Assembly: GCF_004010195.1 (NCBI RefSeq)
Contig: NC_057711.1
Coordinates: 83,396,010 to 83,460,009, forward strand
Length of the DNA: 64,000 bases
Direction of reading: 5' to 3'
Source: Chiloscyllium plagiosum
Lineage: Eukaryota
The translations under genes and the position numbers were made by a program. The notes under the pieces are model-generated. The model saw only the letters and a list, made by a program, of their open reading frames with translations, ran no database searches and was not told the DNA's origin. This document shows positions 13,169 to 25,730 of the stretch, piece by piece; the first letter of the stretch is position 1; each line of letters starts with the position of its first letter.

Positions 13169-13920
13169 CTCTGAACCGTTCCTTTAATAAGTCTTTGTGC
13201 CTAGAAATATAGCCATAAACTCAATCTCTCAGGACAGTAACATTGGCTGACCATGAGTCCTTCAGGCTGCTGTACAGAAATGGACCTTTATTCATGAATG
13301 TACATTGGGAACCTCACTTATTCCAAGCACAAATATTCCATCTTACTTCTGGAGAAGCTCTAGTGTAACAAAAGTTGTGCATAATCTAAGCAACATGGTT
13401 CTCTGCTGCTTTCTCCTCTGAGTTGTGCAATGGAACCGAGTGTTTGCTGGTGTTCGAGCCAAATAACATCAGCCCATTTTTATCCAACTATTTAAGCTGA
13501 AGTAAAATGAAGTGATTGGGATCGTACACTGTTACTTCCACTTTGTGGAAATGGTAGACAAAGTACAGCAAATACATAAAATTGACCTGATATATGTTGT
13601 AATTATAAATAAAAGTATATCTCGTTGATATAACTAAAACCATTTGGAATAGATTTCTATGGATCAATTGAGCATCATTGTTGCTGCTGAGATTGTCTTG
13701 GGTCTTCAACTAATAATAATATTTTTGGAAAGGCAAAAGCTTTGTGGCATCAGTGTAAGTTTACAGACAAGACTGCCATGTTGGAATTGATTTACTTCAC
13801 ACCCTTGTGGAGCATGATCAGAATTAAAAGGGGCCCTAATATATTTAATGAGCAGGATGTTAGCCTATCCATGATGTTCAGCTGTAAGAGCAGGGTGGTT
13901 AGTGGGATTATTTGGCAGGA

Positions 13921-14249
13921 TGGATGACACGGTGACAGTGGTTAGCACTGCTGCCTCACAGCGCCAGGGACCCAGGTTTGATTCCAGCTTTGAGCATCTG
14001 TCTGTTTGGAGTTTGCACATTCTTCCAATGTCTGCATGGGTTTCCATTGATTTCCTCCCACAGTTCAAAGATATGCACGTTAAGTGGATTGGCCATGCTA
14101 AATTGTTTGTAGAGACTATGGATGTGCAGGCTGGGTGTATTAGTCTTGGTAAATGCGTGGTTATGGGAATAGGGTAGGAGGCTGGGGTTTAGTGGAATGC
14201 TCTTTGGAGGGTCAAATAGTCTCTTTCTGCACACCTTAGAGATTCTGTG
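13921..14249 (+). mobile_element. HE1-type SINE (diverged)
   Basis: A/B boxes and core similar to the 2207 copy. Confidence 0.8.
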
Positions 14250-15034
14250 TGAAAGATCCCTGCTGCACGTCTGTCAAATGATGGCAGTAAAGAAGAAGCA
14301 ACTCTGAGAAGATTCCTGGCTGGTGTGCTCTTCCGGCTTTGGAAGGAACCGGGAACATGAGGAAAATAATTTTTTAAAAAAGCATGAACAAAAATGAAAA
14401 ATGTATATTTGTATTTTGCTTATTCAATGTTGCTCCTGCATATAAATGGTAGAGTGTTTATTTCTAAGCATTTATAGCTAGGCTGAATGTTTGATACTGC
14501 TTCAGTGTATGCAGATTCTCCTTTCATTTATGTGTGGGGCAGTACACAAAATATTAATCCAAAGTTGTCAGAAGGAAGAAAATAATTGCAGCACACACTT
14601 GTTCCACATTCATAGCATTGAAACTACTCCTATTTTTGGCAATAAAACATGACTAAAATATGTCCATTTTTGAACAATTTCAATAATCCAGATACATGCT
14701 CACTGTTGGTGTTGCTAAGATACAGATGACAGCTGATAATTTCGATAAATGTAGTTTGGCTGGGTGGCCTTTGATCCTGGCTGTATTAAAAAAAATCCTG
14801 GTCCATCTTATTCTACAGAAGCTCATATTTCCAGAAATGCAGAAGAACTTGCATAATTAAGCAAAATTCAAAAAATACTGATAAAGTAAATGCCTTTTCA
14901 AAGTCAATCACTTTATAAAAACAATATGCTGTTAAGATTGGAAGAAAATGAGAAGTGAAATTAATGTCAAAAAAGGTCAGGCAGGTCACTAAACCAATTT
15001 AAATATAAAGAACCATGTTTATTTTTAAGTTCAG

Positions 15035-15420
15035 GTTAAACCCTTCTGCCAAAAACACACAGAAAAGCCCACCTCACTTTGTAATCTGTTAAAGTATGAG
15101 TGATAGAGAACTATTAAATTCCATTATTTAAAGGAAAACTAACAATTTATTCTTTAATTCTAAAATGAACATTAAACAACAACTATTGACAACTCTAACC
15201 CTCCTTTCTCTTAAAGGTTTGTTATCTACCTCCCACTCTATAACAATATACTGATTCAGTAAAGCCCCTATTAAATTTACAGCAACTCAAGTTTCAAAAC
15301 CAAGACAGTATAGATCTTCCTCTGTTTGTAGATCTCCCTGGATCATCTTTGGTCTTCTGCTGAAAAGATGTTTCATACAAAAAAGAGAGTGTGTGGTGAA
15401 TAGCAGTTTTTAAACCAAAA
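15035..15420 (-). mobile_element. Truncated copy of the solo-LTR family
   Basis: Aligns by eye to ~16507-16895 in the same orientation. Confidence 0.75.
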
Positions 15421-15663
15421 TGTGTGAATCATATTCCTTGGTAGAGGTCTAGTTTGGCATCCTTGGTAGAGGTTCAAGTTCATAGTCCTAATGACTAAAA
15501 CTAGACAAATATTGTATAACTTTCAGTCTCAGATCAGTGCCATACCGATTCATAGTATGTCTTAAGTGTGGTTGTACATTGTATTTTTGCCCAACTCACT
15601 ACTGTTTTTCCAAGCTCAGTTTTGATGCAATGAATTCTCTTTAATAACTCTTATTCAGATTGA

Positions 15664-15873
<210 letters not shown>

Positions 15874-15993
15874 TAGTCAAAAGGTAACAGCCATTCTTTG
15901 TTACAGCATCCCTTTGTAGTACAGTTGTTTCTCTTAATTCATATGTTACCTGAAAATACAGAATTTAGTAATTGTTAGTAATTTAAGGTTGCT

Positions 15994-16255
15994 GGTCTTG
16001 TAGTGTAGTGGTAGCTTTCTACCTCTGGGCCAGAAGCTCAGGTTTGAGTTCCAAGTCAGGGCTTGTGGGCCAAAGAACGTGTCCAGGCAAGTGAATTAGA
16101 AGCCTGTAAATGCTGCCAATTTGCCTGAGGCAGGTGAATTTTCTGGTCAGCCATCCTGCAGAAGGCAGTGGCAAACAGCTACATCACATAACCTTGGACC
16201 AATCCAATGGCAGTCCATGGCCCAACTCTCAGAAATGAGGACTTGAGAAAAGACA
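15994..16255 (+). mobile_element. Old tRNA-headed SINE remnant in the last intron
   Basis: gtagtgtagtggtagc...ggtttgagttcc head and an RTE-like ggcagtggcaaacag tail. Confidence 0.4.
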
Positions 16256-16491
16256 GACAGTAATTTTGAAAATATTCTGACTGCCAATTCCTTTAAGAAT
16301 GATGTTGGCAATCTTCAAAAATTTTTCTTCACTTTAAATCTATCTCCTTTATTTTCTTTTTGAATGTAATTGCAATGAACAGTTGTGCATATAATGATCT
16401 GAGTGTGTAACCTAATAGTGGGTCGAATTAGATGACAGAATGATATGTGAACAAAATAAGGAAAACTCAGTGTTATGGTGCCAAAGAGTAG

Positions 16492-17140
16492 TGTTATGAC
16501 ATGGCAGTAAACCCTTCTGCTAATTATGCCAAAAACACAAAGAAAAACTCACCTTGCTTTGTAATGTGTTGAAGTATGAGTGACAGAGAACTACCTAAAC
16601 TCCACTATTAAAGGAAAAATAAGAATTTTATTCTTTAACTCTAAAATGAACATTAAACAACAACTATTTAGAACTCTAAGCCTTCTTTCTCTTATAGGTT
16701 TGTAAACCACCTCCCAATCTATAACTGATCCAATATACTGATCCAATAAAGCCGCTATTAAATTTACAGCAACTCAAGTTTCAAAACCAGACAGTACAGC
16801 TCTTCCTCTGTTTGTAGATCTCCCTGGGTCGTCTTTGGTCTTCTGCTGCAAAGATGTTTCATACGAAAAAGAGAGTGTGTGGTGGATAGCAGTCATTCAA
16901 ATGGAAGATGGTGCTGTTTCTCTGGCTAACTGTCCAAAATGCCTGCTTTTTACACCCCAAACATCGAATTGTCTCATAAGGTTCAATGTTGTCAAAACAG
17001 TAAAATTCAAATTCAATTGGGTTATAGTATCTTAGAGCATAATTTAAACTGGTTGTATTTGATCTGCTGTGAAAACAGCAGGTGCTTGCCAGCTTTCACT
17101 CTCTCTTAAAAGTACAGTACATGCTTTCAACTTTGTAACA
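16492..17140 (-). mobile_element. Solo LTR (649 bp)
   Basis: TGTTA...TAACA termini with a 4 bp TSD GTAG (16488-16491, 17141-17144); an internal AATAAA on the minus strand suggests the orientation. Confidence 0.8.
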
Positions 17141-17433
17141 GTAGTGATCATTGCAAGTTTACTGTTTGCTCAGTGTTCTATCTAGATAGTAAGCAAATAC
17201 TAGGGGAAAGGAATTTGGAGAGGTTGATGCTTTCTGTCACTTCTTGGGACTGGCTAAAGTGGTTATTGTAGGCAAGCCAGGATTATGTCTAGTATCTAGG
17301 CTACAGATATCTAGCCTGACATTGAAGTAAAAAGGACAATAATGGATCAAATGTATCAAAGTTGCAAAAACGTTTCTCAAATTGTGAAGATAAAATCATT
17401 ATTAATGCAAACATTCTCTGATATTTCCACCAG

Positions 17434-17619
17434 GTTATTGAATGCATCACACAAGGCCGTGTGCTTCAACGCCCTCGAACCTGCCCGAAAGAGGTGTATG
17501 ACCTGATGCTTGGTTGCTGGCAGCGTGAACCACACATGAGGCTCAACATCAAGGAAATTCACAGTCTCCTCCAAACATTGGCAAAGGCCTCCCCAGTCTA
17601 TCTGGATATTCTTGGCTAA
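17434..17619 (+). CDS. NTRK2: TrkB final coding exon ending in the PLC-gamma docking motif and stop codon
   Basis: Acceptor tttccaccag ends at 17433. Translates [64 protein letters not shown], in frame with the previous exon. LQRPRTC, REPHMR and [12 protein letters not shown] are TrkB-type. Confidence 0.95.
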   Translation, partial: VIECITQGRVLQRPRTCPKEVYDLMLGCWQREPHMRLNIKEIHSLLQTLAKASPVYLDILG

Positions 17620-20600
17620 GCATCACTTTCACAATTGTTGCCGTGCGTGTGCGTGCGAGATTGTTGCTACATTATGAAGAAACGTGCTCTGATTCCTGAC
17701 AGTATTAATAGCAATGAGGAGAAGCTTTAAAGAGCAACATGGTCAAACTTCTCCATCTGTAGATGCATTATTGACTTTGAGTTTTATCATTCTCACTCCA
17801 ATTGATTTGGCTTTTGCTCATTTGCAACTCTGCCTAAACTCAGGCCTTAATCTAACTGATAATTCTGCTGAAGACAGTCAAAATTTCTTAGTGCAATTCA
17901 CAAATATTTAAAGTGACTTGCTTTTGATTTGGATGAAAAAAAGGGAAGAACAGATGACTGTGAATCATAAATACCCAGCTGCAACACATAGCAAGGAAAA
18001 CAATTGATACAACTGCATATATTCCACAGGCCATGAACAAATCTTAACTGAAACTAAGGAAATATCAATGTATATGAAAAATATTTTTAATTCAGTGAAG
18101 GAAGGCATTATGTCATGATTTACTGCATACTGATAATTTAATAGGCTTCAACTTTGCTACTGGAGTCTCGAAAACTTACCTTGAATACATGCTGTTATTT
18201 AGCTACTTCATTCAAGCCCATGGTACAGAAACTTTTCCCAGCTTCTTGCTTTCTCTGTTTTTTTTTGCATTGGATAACATGTCTCACAAAGAACCAAGTG
18301 TAATGCAACAATTTGCTGTGAACTGGGCATCTCTAACAATGTGCAACAACCAATATGTGAATGCAGCCTCCAGACAGGCTTTTTGACCTTCAGGCTGGAG
18401 TGTGTTGCAATGTTCAATATTAATTTCAGGGTCAAATACTGAAGGTGATTGACTTTAATAACACAGCACTTGTAGTTGTCTAGGCAAATCATCTGAAAAT
18501 GTACTTATCCTAAAGCATTCTTTCCCTTAGGTATGTGAGTGAAATATAATTGTGCATGATCCTAATACCATAATGTATGTACAAATATTGCTCATTTCTT
18601 GTACACCTTTTAGATGTAGAATGTTATCCATAATGGTGTTACATATATTTAATTAGAACCCCAATTGGAGACCATTACTTCCAGGAAATGGTCTTATGCT
18701 TTAACAGTATGATGGGATGATAGAAATACAGGAATATGGACAAAAATTGTAAAGATCATATAATCTGTAAAGAAACAGTGAAGTCAAGTCCCTAGGGTAG
18801 ACAGAAGTGATCCTATAATTAACACATGATAGCCAACACATAAAACCTAACCTTAGCTAGGGTGCTATAGTATCTCCAATCTCAGCGTCCTTTGCTTGCT
18901 TAATTTTTTTTATCTCTAGTAATATTCTGGCAGATAGAGGATGGATGCATTGCAGTGTGGAATGATGGTTGATGTCTCATGTCTAGCTTGTTGACGTATA
19001 AGTCTCAGTTATCTTGTGATGCTGGGGAATCCTAGGTTAGATTTCTTATCTAGGTTGACAAATTCACACTAAAATAAGCACCCAATCTGTCAAAACCTAA
19101 TGTTTCCTCCTTTAAAACCATACTCCCTCTGTGAGGGGGCACAGTTGTAACTTGTAACTGCATTCAGCAACAAGCCTTGGATTGTTCTTAGAATTTGTCT
19201 GTGTTTCTGTTTTCTCAAAAATTTGAGGAGGTCTATATAGGATATCCATTCAACTTTTTAAATGTAATGACCACATATTTAATAATTTAATACCTTTAGT
19301 TTCATTTAAAATTATTGTTTTATTTTTTTACATAAGTTATTAATTATTTGTTATTAATGTTTTGTTAATTAAGAGGATTCGAATGGCTGTTAATTAGCAA
19401 AAAAATCTGAGTTGTATATAAATGGCACAGATTACTTTTCATTATGTCTTGCTATTCATTTGTGATTTTGATAGATTCATTAAGCTGAATCCTTAACTGA
19501 CAGAGATTCAGCAATTCAGCAGCATATAATAAGGCATTTACATCCCCTAGATATGAAGGATAACATAACGGATAATTGTAGATATTCTTAGGATGATCCA
19601 CCAAGCAACCTGAGATCAATGGATTTTTTAGGCAATAGTGTTAAAGGGTATGGAACAAATACAGGTAAATGGAGGTAATGTAGATATTGGTCATGCTCTA
19701 TTTGAATGGGGAACTACTTTGAAGGACTGAATTACTTCAACTTATTCATATATTCCAGTATCATTTTGTTCCAATGATCTGAAGGGTGTGCCTTCCATCT
19801 ACATTTAGGCTCCCAAACATCATTATAATGAATCCAAATCTTAGTAAAGATGTATAAAGATTATAAAGAATTTAGTGAGTTTTGTTATAAGTTGAACTCA
19901 GCAAGAAGATTTCTTTATGAAGTTCAAAACTTCTGACCATTTGAAATGTCAATGCCACTCAAAAATACATATTAGCTATTATGCTAATAAAATCATGTTT
20001 CTTTCTTACAATTTATTATTTTCTGCTCTTACAAGTCCTTTTGTAAAAAGCAATGGATGTAAACATTGAAACAGAAGAATAAAAGCCTCAACATTTGCTG
20101 ATGAAATTTCAAAATGCTTAGCGGCCATAAACTGTGGCATATGTTTGTCATAACAGGTTTAAAATAACTCAGCAAATGAGCTAACTTCTCTGAACCATTT
20201 TTGTGCATTCTGTGGATGTTGAAATGTGGCATCCAATGTATGACAGTGCTTTAGGTTCGTTACTAACACATGCCTGACATCAACTAATTTTAACATTTTA
20301 CAGAGATTGGTGCATTAGCAACATTTGGACAAAGGCACTGAAAGAGGGATTGCTTCTGTTAAAATAAATACTGTCACCAGAGCCTGGAGAAATCTTTAGC
20401 TATATTCACACTTGATTAAAAGTTTTATGCTGTGATTATATTTTATCTGTTAATAAGCAACTGACTTCTTACACATTGGATTTTTGTTGGGTGAGAAAGC
20501 ACAGGCAACATCGAAGGATATGTGAACCACAGCTAATTTAATTTAACATTACAATACTGGGAGTAGCTTCCAATCAGGCCAAAGACAGTCCCAGTGTGGT

Positions 20601-21580
20601 TTAGCTTCTTTTTTTTAATATGTGTACGAACATAGTTTCAACAATTTAAAGATTGATGGATATTTCAGCTTTAATACATTTCTTACTGGTAGTGATTGGC
20701 AGGATAGTGTCAATAAGCCAATCCTCCCTCCATTTGAATTTACTTCTCGCTCTTAACAGCATTAGGAAGGCAGATTTTTGTGTCCTAATGCACAAAGACA
20801 AATTTTACCAACTTCTTGGAACTGAAACTGTGACCTGGTGTTTTGTTTTTCTTAAATTCATCTTGATATTTAATATAATTTTATATCTTCTTTTGTTCTG
20901 ATTAATGATATTTTTCAGTGTTGTCTTAAAAAAACAAAACCACTGAAGACATTTTTCTGTTGTCTTTCACAAAAATTTACACAGATGTTGAGATTAAGAT
21001 TTGTAGGGGGAAGATTGTCATCATGTGTCTGATTCTATGGAGCACAAGCCAGAAGAAACATGCCCAGCACTTGTTTGATGGATTTGGTCCAAAGCCATGA
21101 CAGTTGGCACACTTGTGCCTTGACTCCATTGTTGTTGGCAAAGGCTGCAAAACTAGTAGGTTCTTCATGATCCTCACCCAATGCAGATAGTGAATGACAA
21201 TGAGGACAGGCGTTCTCAAGGAAGCTCTGTGGCAGGTGGAATTTTGTGGGGCTGGGAGGATCACTAATTATACAAAAATCAGTTTAAAAGTTTAACATGT
21301 CTGGTTTTGAGCAGCCTGCTGCCCAAATCAGCCTCATGATGTTGTTTTATTGGAGGCTTTGCCGTTTTTTCCATTCCAGTCTGTTGTACACATTTCTTTC
21401 TTGAATAGTCTGTGTAGCACTTGGCTGATTTTTAGATGATGCCTAAGTAACTGTGTTATATATTTGTATGTTGAAATGTGACCAGTTTCTCAAATTGAAA
21501 TGGAAACTTTCTTGTGATACAACAAATTCAATGGAAAAATTCTGTCTTACAATAAACATTGCCATCAGAAACATGTATTT
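17620..21580 (+). other. NTRK2: Probable long NTRK2 3'UTR
   Basis: AT-rich and free of young SINE/PLE insertions (only an ancient CR1 3' remnant at ~19600-19755). Repeats resume from ~21780. The end point is inferred. Confidence 0.5.
21551..21556 (+). terminator. Candidate polyadenylation signal AATAAA
   Basis: AATAAA followed about 20 nt later by GT/T-rich sequence (atgtatttggtgctgtttt), at the end of the repeat-poor block. Confidence 0.5.
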
Positions 21581-21979
21581 GGTGCTGTTTTAATAGAATT
21601 GTGTTTAGAGGAAAGTTTATATAGATATGCAGATGAAATAATATGCCTGTAAACATATACAGTACTTGGTGTGAACACAGCAACCAAGCATTAAAACTGG
21701 TGTACAAACTGGCAGATTGTGTGCGCCATTCATTGTTTTTGAAATTTTCCTCTGAATTTATGACATACCAGAGAAAAGTACCATGAACTTTGAAATAAAA
21801 GCAGGAAATTCAGTGAAATACTCAGCAGTGTCCAACACCCCTGGGGGTGAGAGAGAGAAAAATGTGAATTAATGCTTTCGATTTGTACTCCTTTATGGCA
21901 TGAGAGTACTTTGCTTAGTTAAAAACTGTTATATCTCTAAGCACTATTGTTTTCGACATCAGAAAACTGTAAGTTATGG

Positions 21980-22290
21980 GGAAACAGTAGTGTTGTGGTA
22001 ATGTTACTGAGTGAGTAATCCAGAGTTCCGGGCTATTCTTCTGTGGACATCAGCTAATGTGTTTGAATCTCCTAGTGGCAGAGGGTGAAATTTGAATTCA
22101 ACAAAATCTGGACTGAAAAGCTCGTCGAATGGTCATCATGCTTGCTGAAATTGTAAAACTCATCTGATTCAGGACTCCTTTATGGAAGGAAATCTGTTGT
22201 CCTAACCCAGTCTGGCCTGGGCAACAGGAAAAGGCCAATAAATACTGATTCAGCCAACGATGCCCACATTCAATGTATGAATTTTTTTTA
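21980..22290 (+). mobile_element. Old SINE with a LINE-shared 3' end (also 26070-26390 +, 42655-42960 +, 45145-45500 -, 46060-46430 -)
   Basis: Recurrent motifs tggtaatgtcactagg..aatccaga, gaaatttgaattcaa, ggaaggaaatctg, aataaatgctggcc..cccacat. Confidence 0.65.
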
Positions 22291-24003
22291 AAAAGGATAA
22301 GTTAACTCTAATTTCTCCCTGAAAATGCTCACAATGCTGTTGGCTATTTGCAGCATTTTTATTTTTTTATGAAAAATTATAAATCAATTATTTTAAAGTC
22401 CTGTGTCTTAATGTGTCTGTCATGCATAATTTTCACATTATAAAGTGCAGCCTCCGATAATACCAAATAATCAATACTGAGATTCCACTGCACTTACAGC
22501 GGCTGATCAATAGGTCCCCAGAGGAAATGTTTAGTCCATATGCTCATGCAAGTCACTGTGGGCTAAAGAACCAGTTATGTTATCAATTAGATTTGGTTAT
22601 ATGTGAAAAGTAAAGGGTCGGTTAGCTCAGTTGGCTGGACAGCTGGTTTGTGATGCAATATGATATCAAAAGCATGGGTTCAATTCCTGTATGAGTTGAG
22701 GTTACTATGGAGGCCTCACTTATTCAATCTTGCCTCTTCCCTCAGGCATGGTGACCCTCAGTTAGACTCACATGAGCCATCTCTCTCTTCTAAGAGAACA
22801 GCCCTACAGTCTGCTGGGATGATGGTGACAGTATCTTAAAGGTGAATAAATTAACCCTGGCAAAAATAGTCCATAAAGGAATTGCAACAGCTAGTTTCAA
22901 TGGTAATATCCTTTGCCCTGAGTTAGAAAGTTATCGGTTCAAAGTTTTCTCCAGTGTTTGACTGTATCAACATTGTAATGGAAGAGTGCTGTATAATTAA
23001 AGCTGCCATCTTTTGGCTGAGATGCCAAATCAAGGTCCTGTCTATCTGGGCATAAATGTTGGGCAGAATTTTCCTAGCCCCTGAAGAATGTGGGCACAAC
23101 AGATCCACTGGGAAACTAATGAGAGATCAGAAAAATTCTTGATTAAAACAAAACATGTCTGATGTTTCACCCAAGGTTTGAATGATGAGAAGAGACTCTG
23201 AGTGGGTACAGGACCATTTTCATGCAGTAATATTTTATTAGTACCTATGCTTGCCTCAATTGTTTTCAATTTGCTATTCTCCCAGCTGGCAAAGAGAAAG
23301 TAGACAGTGATAATTCCCAAATGAACATTAAAGCAGTAACCTTATGTTTATGGCTCCCCATTTGCTGCTCCCAGACTCCATCTTGGCCAACCGTACCCAA
23401 CCCCTCAGAGTACAATCCATGGGCAGTCAAAAGGGTTGGCATCAGGTATGGACCAGTCTCAACACACTATTACACACTGCTGACTGACTGAGAATACAGT
23501 TATCCATTTAACTGCTGCACTTTGGAGCACTATTCATTGTAATGCTGCAACCAGGTCACTTTACACAGTGAGTCACCCAGTTCATGCATCAGAGCAGGGT
23601 GAATCTAATCTTTGTGTTTATTCAGGTCATAACTACTTGACAATGTCATTCCCTTGTCTTTTAGCACTTTTCTATCTCATTCGGAACTTACATTCTCACT
23701 ATACTTCAGTCTTACTTTGCCTTTTAGCACACAGCAAAACTATTACCTTGTAATTGTTGACAGCAGTGGTCAGTCAAGGGATTGGACATGTTGCTGTGCT
23801 GCACTGTGTAAAATCACTGCCACATCTATACCATGCACCAACAGCTTACAAGCATGTGCTTTGACCAAATGGCCATTTCTCAAAGTCTAAGGGGAATGGT
23901 CTATCAAGGAGGAGAAAGTGAGGTCTGCAGATGCTGGAGATCAGAGCTGAAAATGTGTTGCTGGAAAAGCGCAGCAGGTCAGGCAGCATCCAGGGAACAG
24001 GAG

Positions 24004-24040
24004 AATCGACGTTTCGGGCATAAGCCCTTCTTCAGGAATC
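24004..24040 (-). ncRNA. Minimal hammerhead ribozyme motif (intact core, mirror copy)
   Basis: Minus strand gattc-CTGAAGA-a-GGGC-ttat-GCCC-GAAAC-GTC-gatt. Confidence 0.65.
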
Positions 24041-24051
24041 CCTTCTTCAGG

Positions 24052-24087
24052 TTTCCTGAAGAAGGGCTTATGCCCGAAACGTCGATT
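24052..24087 (+). ncRNA. Minimal hammerhead ribozyme motif (intact core)
   Basis: CTGAAGA(24056-24062)-a-GGGC-ttat-GCCC-GAAAC-GTC(24081-24083)-gatt. Confidence 0.65.
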
Positions 24088-24352
24088 CTCCTGTTTCCTG
24101 GATGCTGCCTGACCTGCTGCGCTTTTCCAGCAACACATTTTCAGCAATGGTCTATCAAGGCAAAGGGGACTACTGTCAGTCAGGGGCCCAGTCACAATCC
24201 GTGCGAAGTCAGCAAAGGGATTGATATGAAGTCAGTTTGCGAGCAGCAGACAGCCATCAGTCAGGAATCTGGTCACTCATCAGTCAAGACTGTCATTCCA
24301 TGTCAGTTTTGGGGGTGGGCAACAGGTAATATGGATGGTCTGTTCAATGAAC

Positions 24353-25407
24353 GTCACGAGGATTATTGATTGAAGGTAATTTAGTGGCTTGGATCAGAAA
24401 TTGGCTAGCTGAAAGAAGACAGAGGGTGGTGGTTGATAGGAAATGTTCATCCTGGAGTTCAGGTACCAGTGGTGTGCTGCAAGGACCTGTTTTGGGGCCA
24501 CTGCTGTTTGTCATTTTTATAAGTGATCTGGGGGTGGGGGTAGAAGGATGGGTTAGTAATTTGTGGATAACACTATGGTAGGCAGAGTTGTGGTTAGTGC
24601 TGAAGGATGTTGTGGGTTCCAGAGGGACATAGATAAGCAGCAGAGCTGGGCTCAGAAGTGGCAAACAGAGTTTAATGTGAAAAAGTGTGAGATAGTTCAC
24701 TTTGTAAGTAGTACTGGGCTAATGGTAAAATTCTTTGCAGTGTAGATAAACAGAGAGATCTCTGTCCAGGTGCATAAATCCCTGAAAGTTGCCACCCAGG
24801 TTGATAGGGTTGTTAAGAAGATATATGATGTGTTGGCGATTATTGGTAGGGGCATTGAGTTTCGGAGCCACGATGTCATGCTTCAGCTATACAAGACACT
24901 GGTAAGGCTGCACCTTGAATATTGTGTGCAGTTCTGATCACTGCATTATAGGAAGTATGTGGAAGCTTTGGAAAGGATTCAGAGGAGATTTATGAGGATG
25001 TTGCCTGGTATGGAAGGAAGGTCTTGCAAGGAAAGGCTGAGGGAACTGAGGTTTTTTTTCATTGGAGAGAAGAAGGTTGAGAGGTATCGAGACATATAAG
25101 ATAATCAGAGGATTAGGTAGAGTGGACAGTGACAGCCTTTTTCCTCTAATGGTGAAGGTTAACATGAGGGGACATAGCTTTAAATTGAGGGGTGATAGAT
25201 TTCGGACAGATATAAGGGGTAGTTTCTTTACCCAGAAAATAGTAGGGGCATGGAATGGCCTGCCTGTGACAGTAGTAGACTCGCTGATGTTAAGGGCATT
25301 TAAATGGGTATTAGATATACATATGGATAATAATGGAATGGTGCAGGTTAGATTTCACAGGTCGGTGCAACATCGAGGGCCAAAGGGCCTATACTGTGCT
25401 GTTATGT
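24353..25407 (+). mobile_element. CR1/HER1 LINE, 5'-truncated (RT C-terminus and 3'UTR)
   Basis: WIRNWLAERRQRVVV...SGVLQGPVLGPLLFVIFI and ERRRLRG...FFTQKIVGAWNGLP; the (tgttcta)n tail resumes at 25768. Confidence 0.9.
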
Positions 25408-25730
25408 TAGATTAGATTAGATTAGATTAGATTTCTTACAGTGTGGAAACAGGCCCTTCGGCCCAACAAGTCCACACCGCCCCGCCGAAGCGCAACCCAC
25501 CCATACCCCTACATTTACCCCTTACCTAACACTACGGGCAATTTAGCATGGCCAATTCACCTGACCTGCACATCTTTGGACAGTGGGAGGAAACCGGAGC
25601 ACCCGGAGGAAACCCACGCAGACACGGGGAGAACGTGCAAACTCCACACAGTCAGTCGCCTGAGTCGGGAATTGAACCTGGGTCTCTGGCGCTGTGAGGC
25701 AGCAGTGCTAACCACTGTGCCACCGTGCCG
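25405..25730 (-). mobile_element. HE1-type SINE (young) inserted in a LINE tail
   Basis: Near-identical reverse complement of the 2207 copy; (ATTAG)n at ~25406-25432. Confidence 0.9.

Larger units (their letters stand above)
23910..24145 (-). mobile_element. Young palindromic PLE pseudo-LTR insertion, family A
   Basis: 93 bp arms (23946-24038 / 24053-24145) with one mismatch that I can see, a 36 bp one-sided tail, and a perfect 15 bp TSD aatggtctatcaagg (23895-23909, 24146-24160). Confidence 0.9.

Noticed and set aside
23833..24369. 178 aa ORF and the recurrent MCCWKSAAGQAAS / MPETSILL peptides
   Set aside because: Chance translations of the palindromic pLTR, appearing on both strands wherever the repeat occurs.
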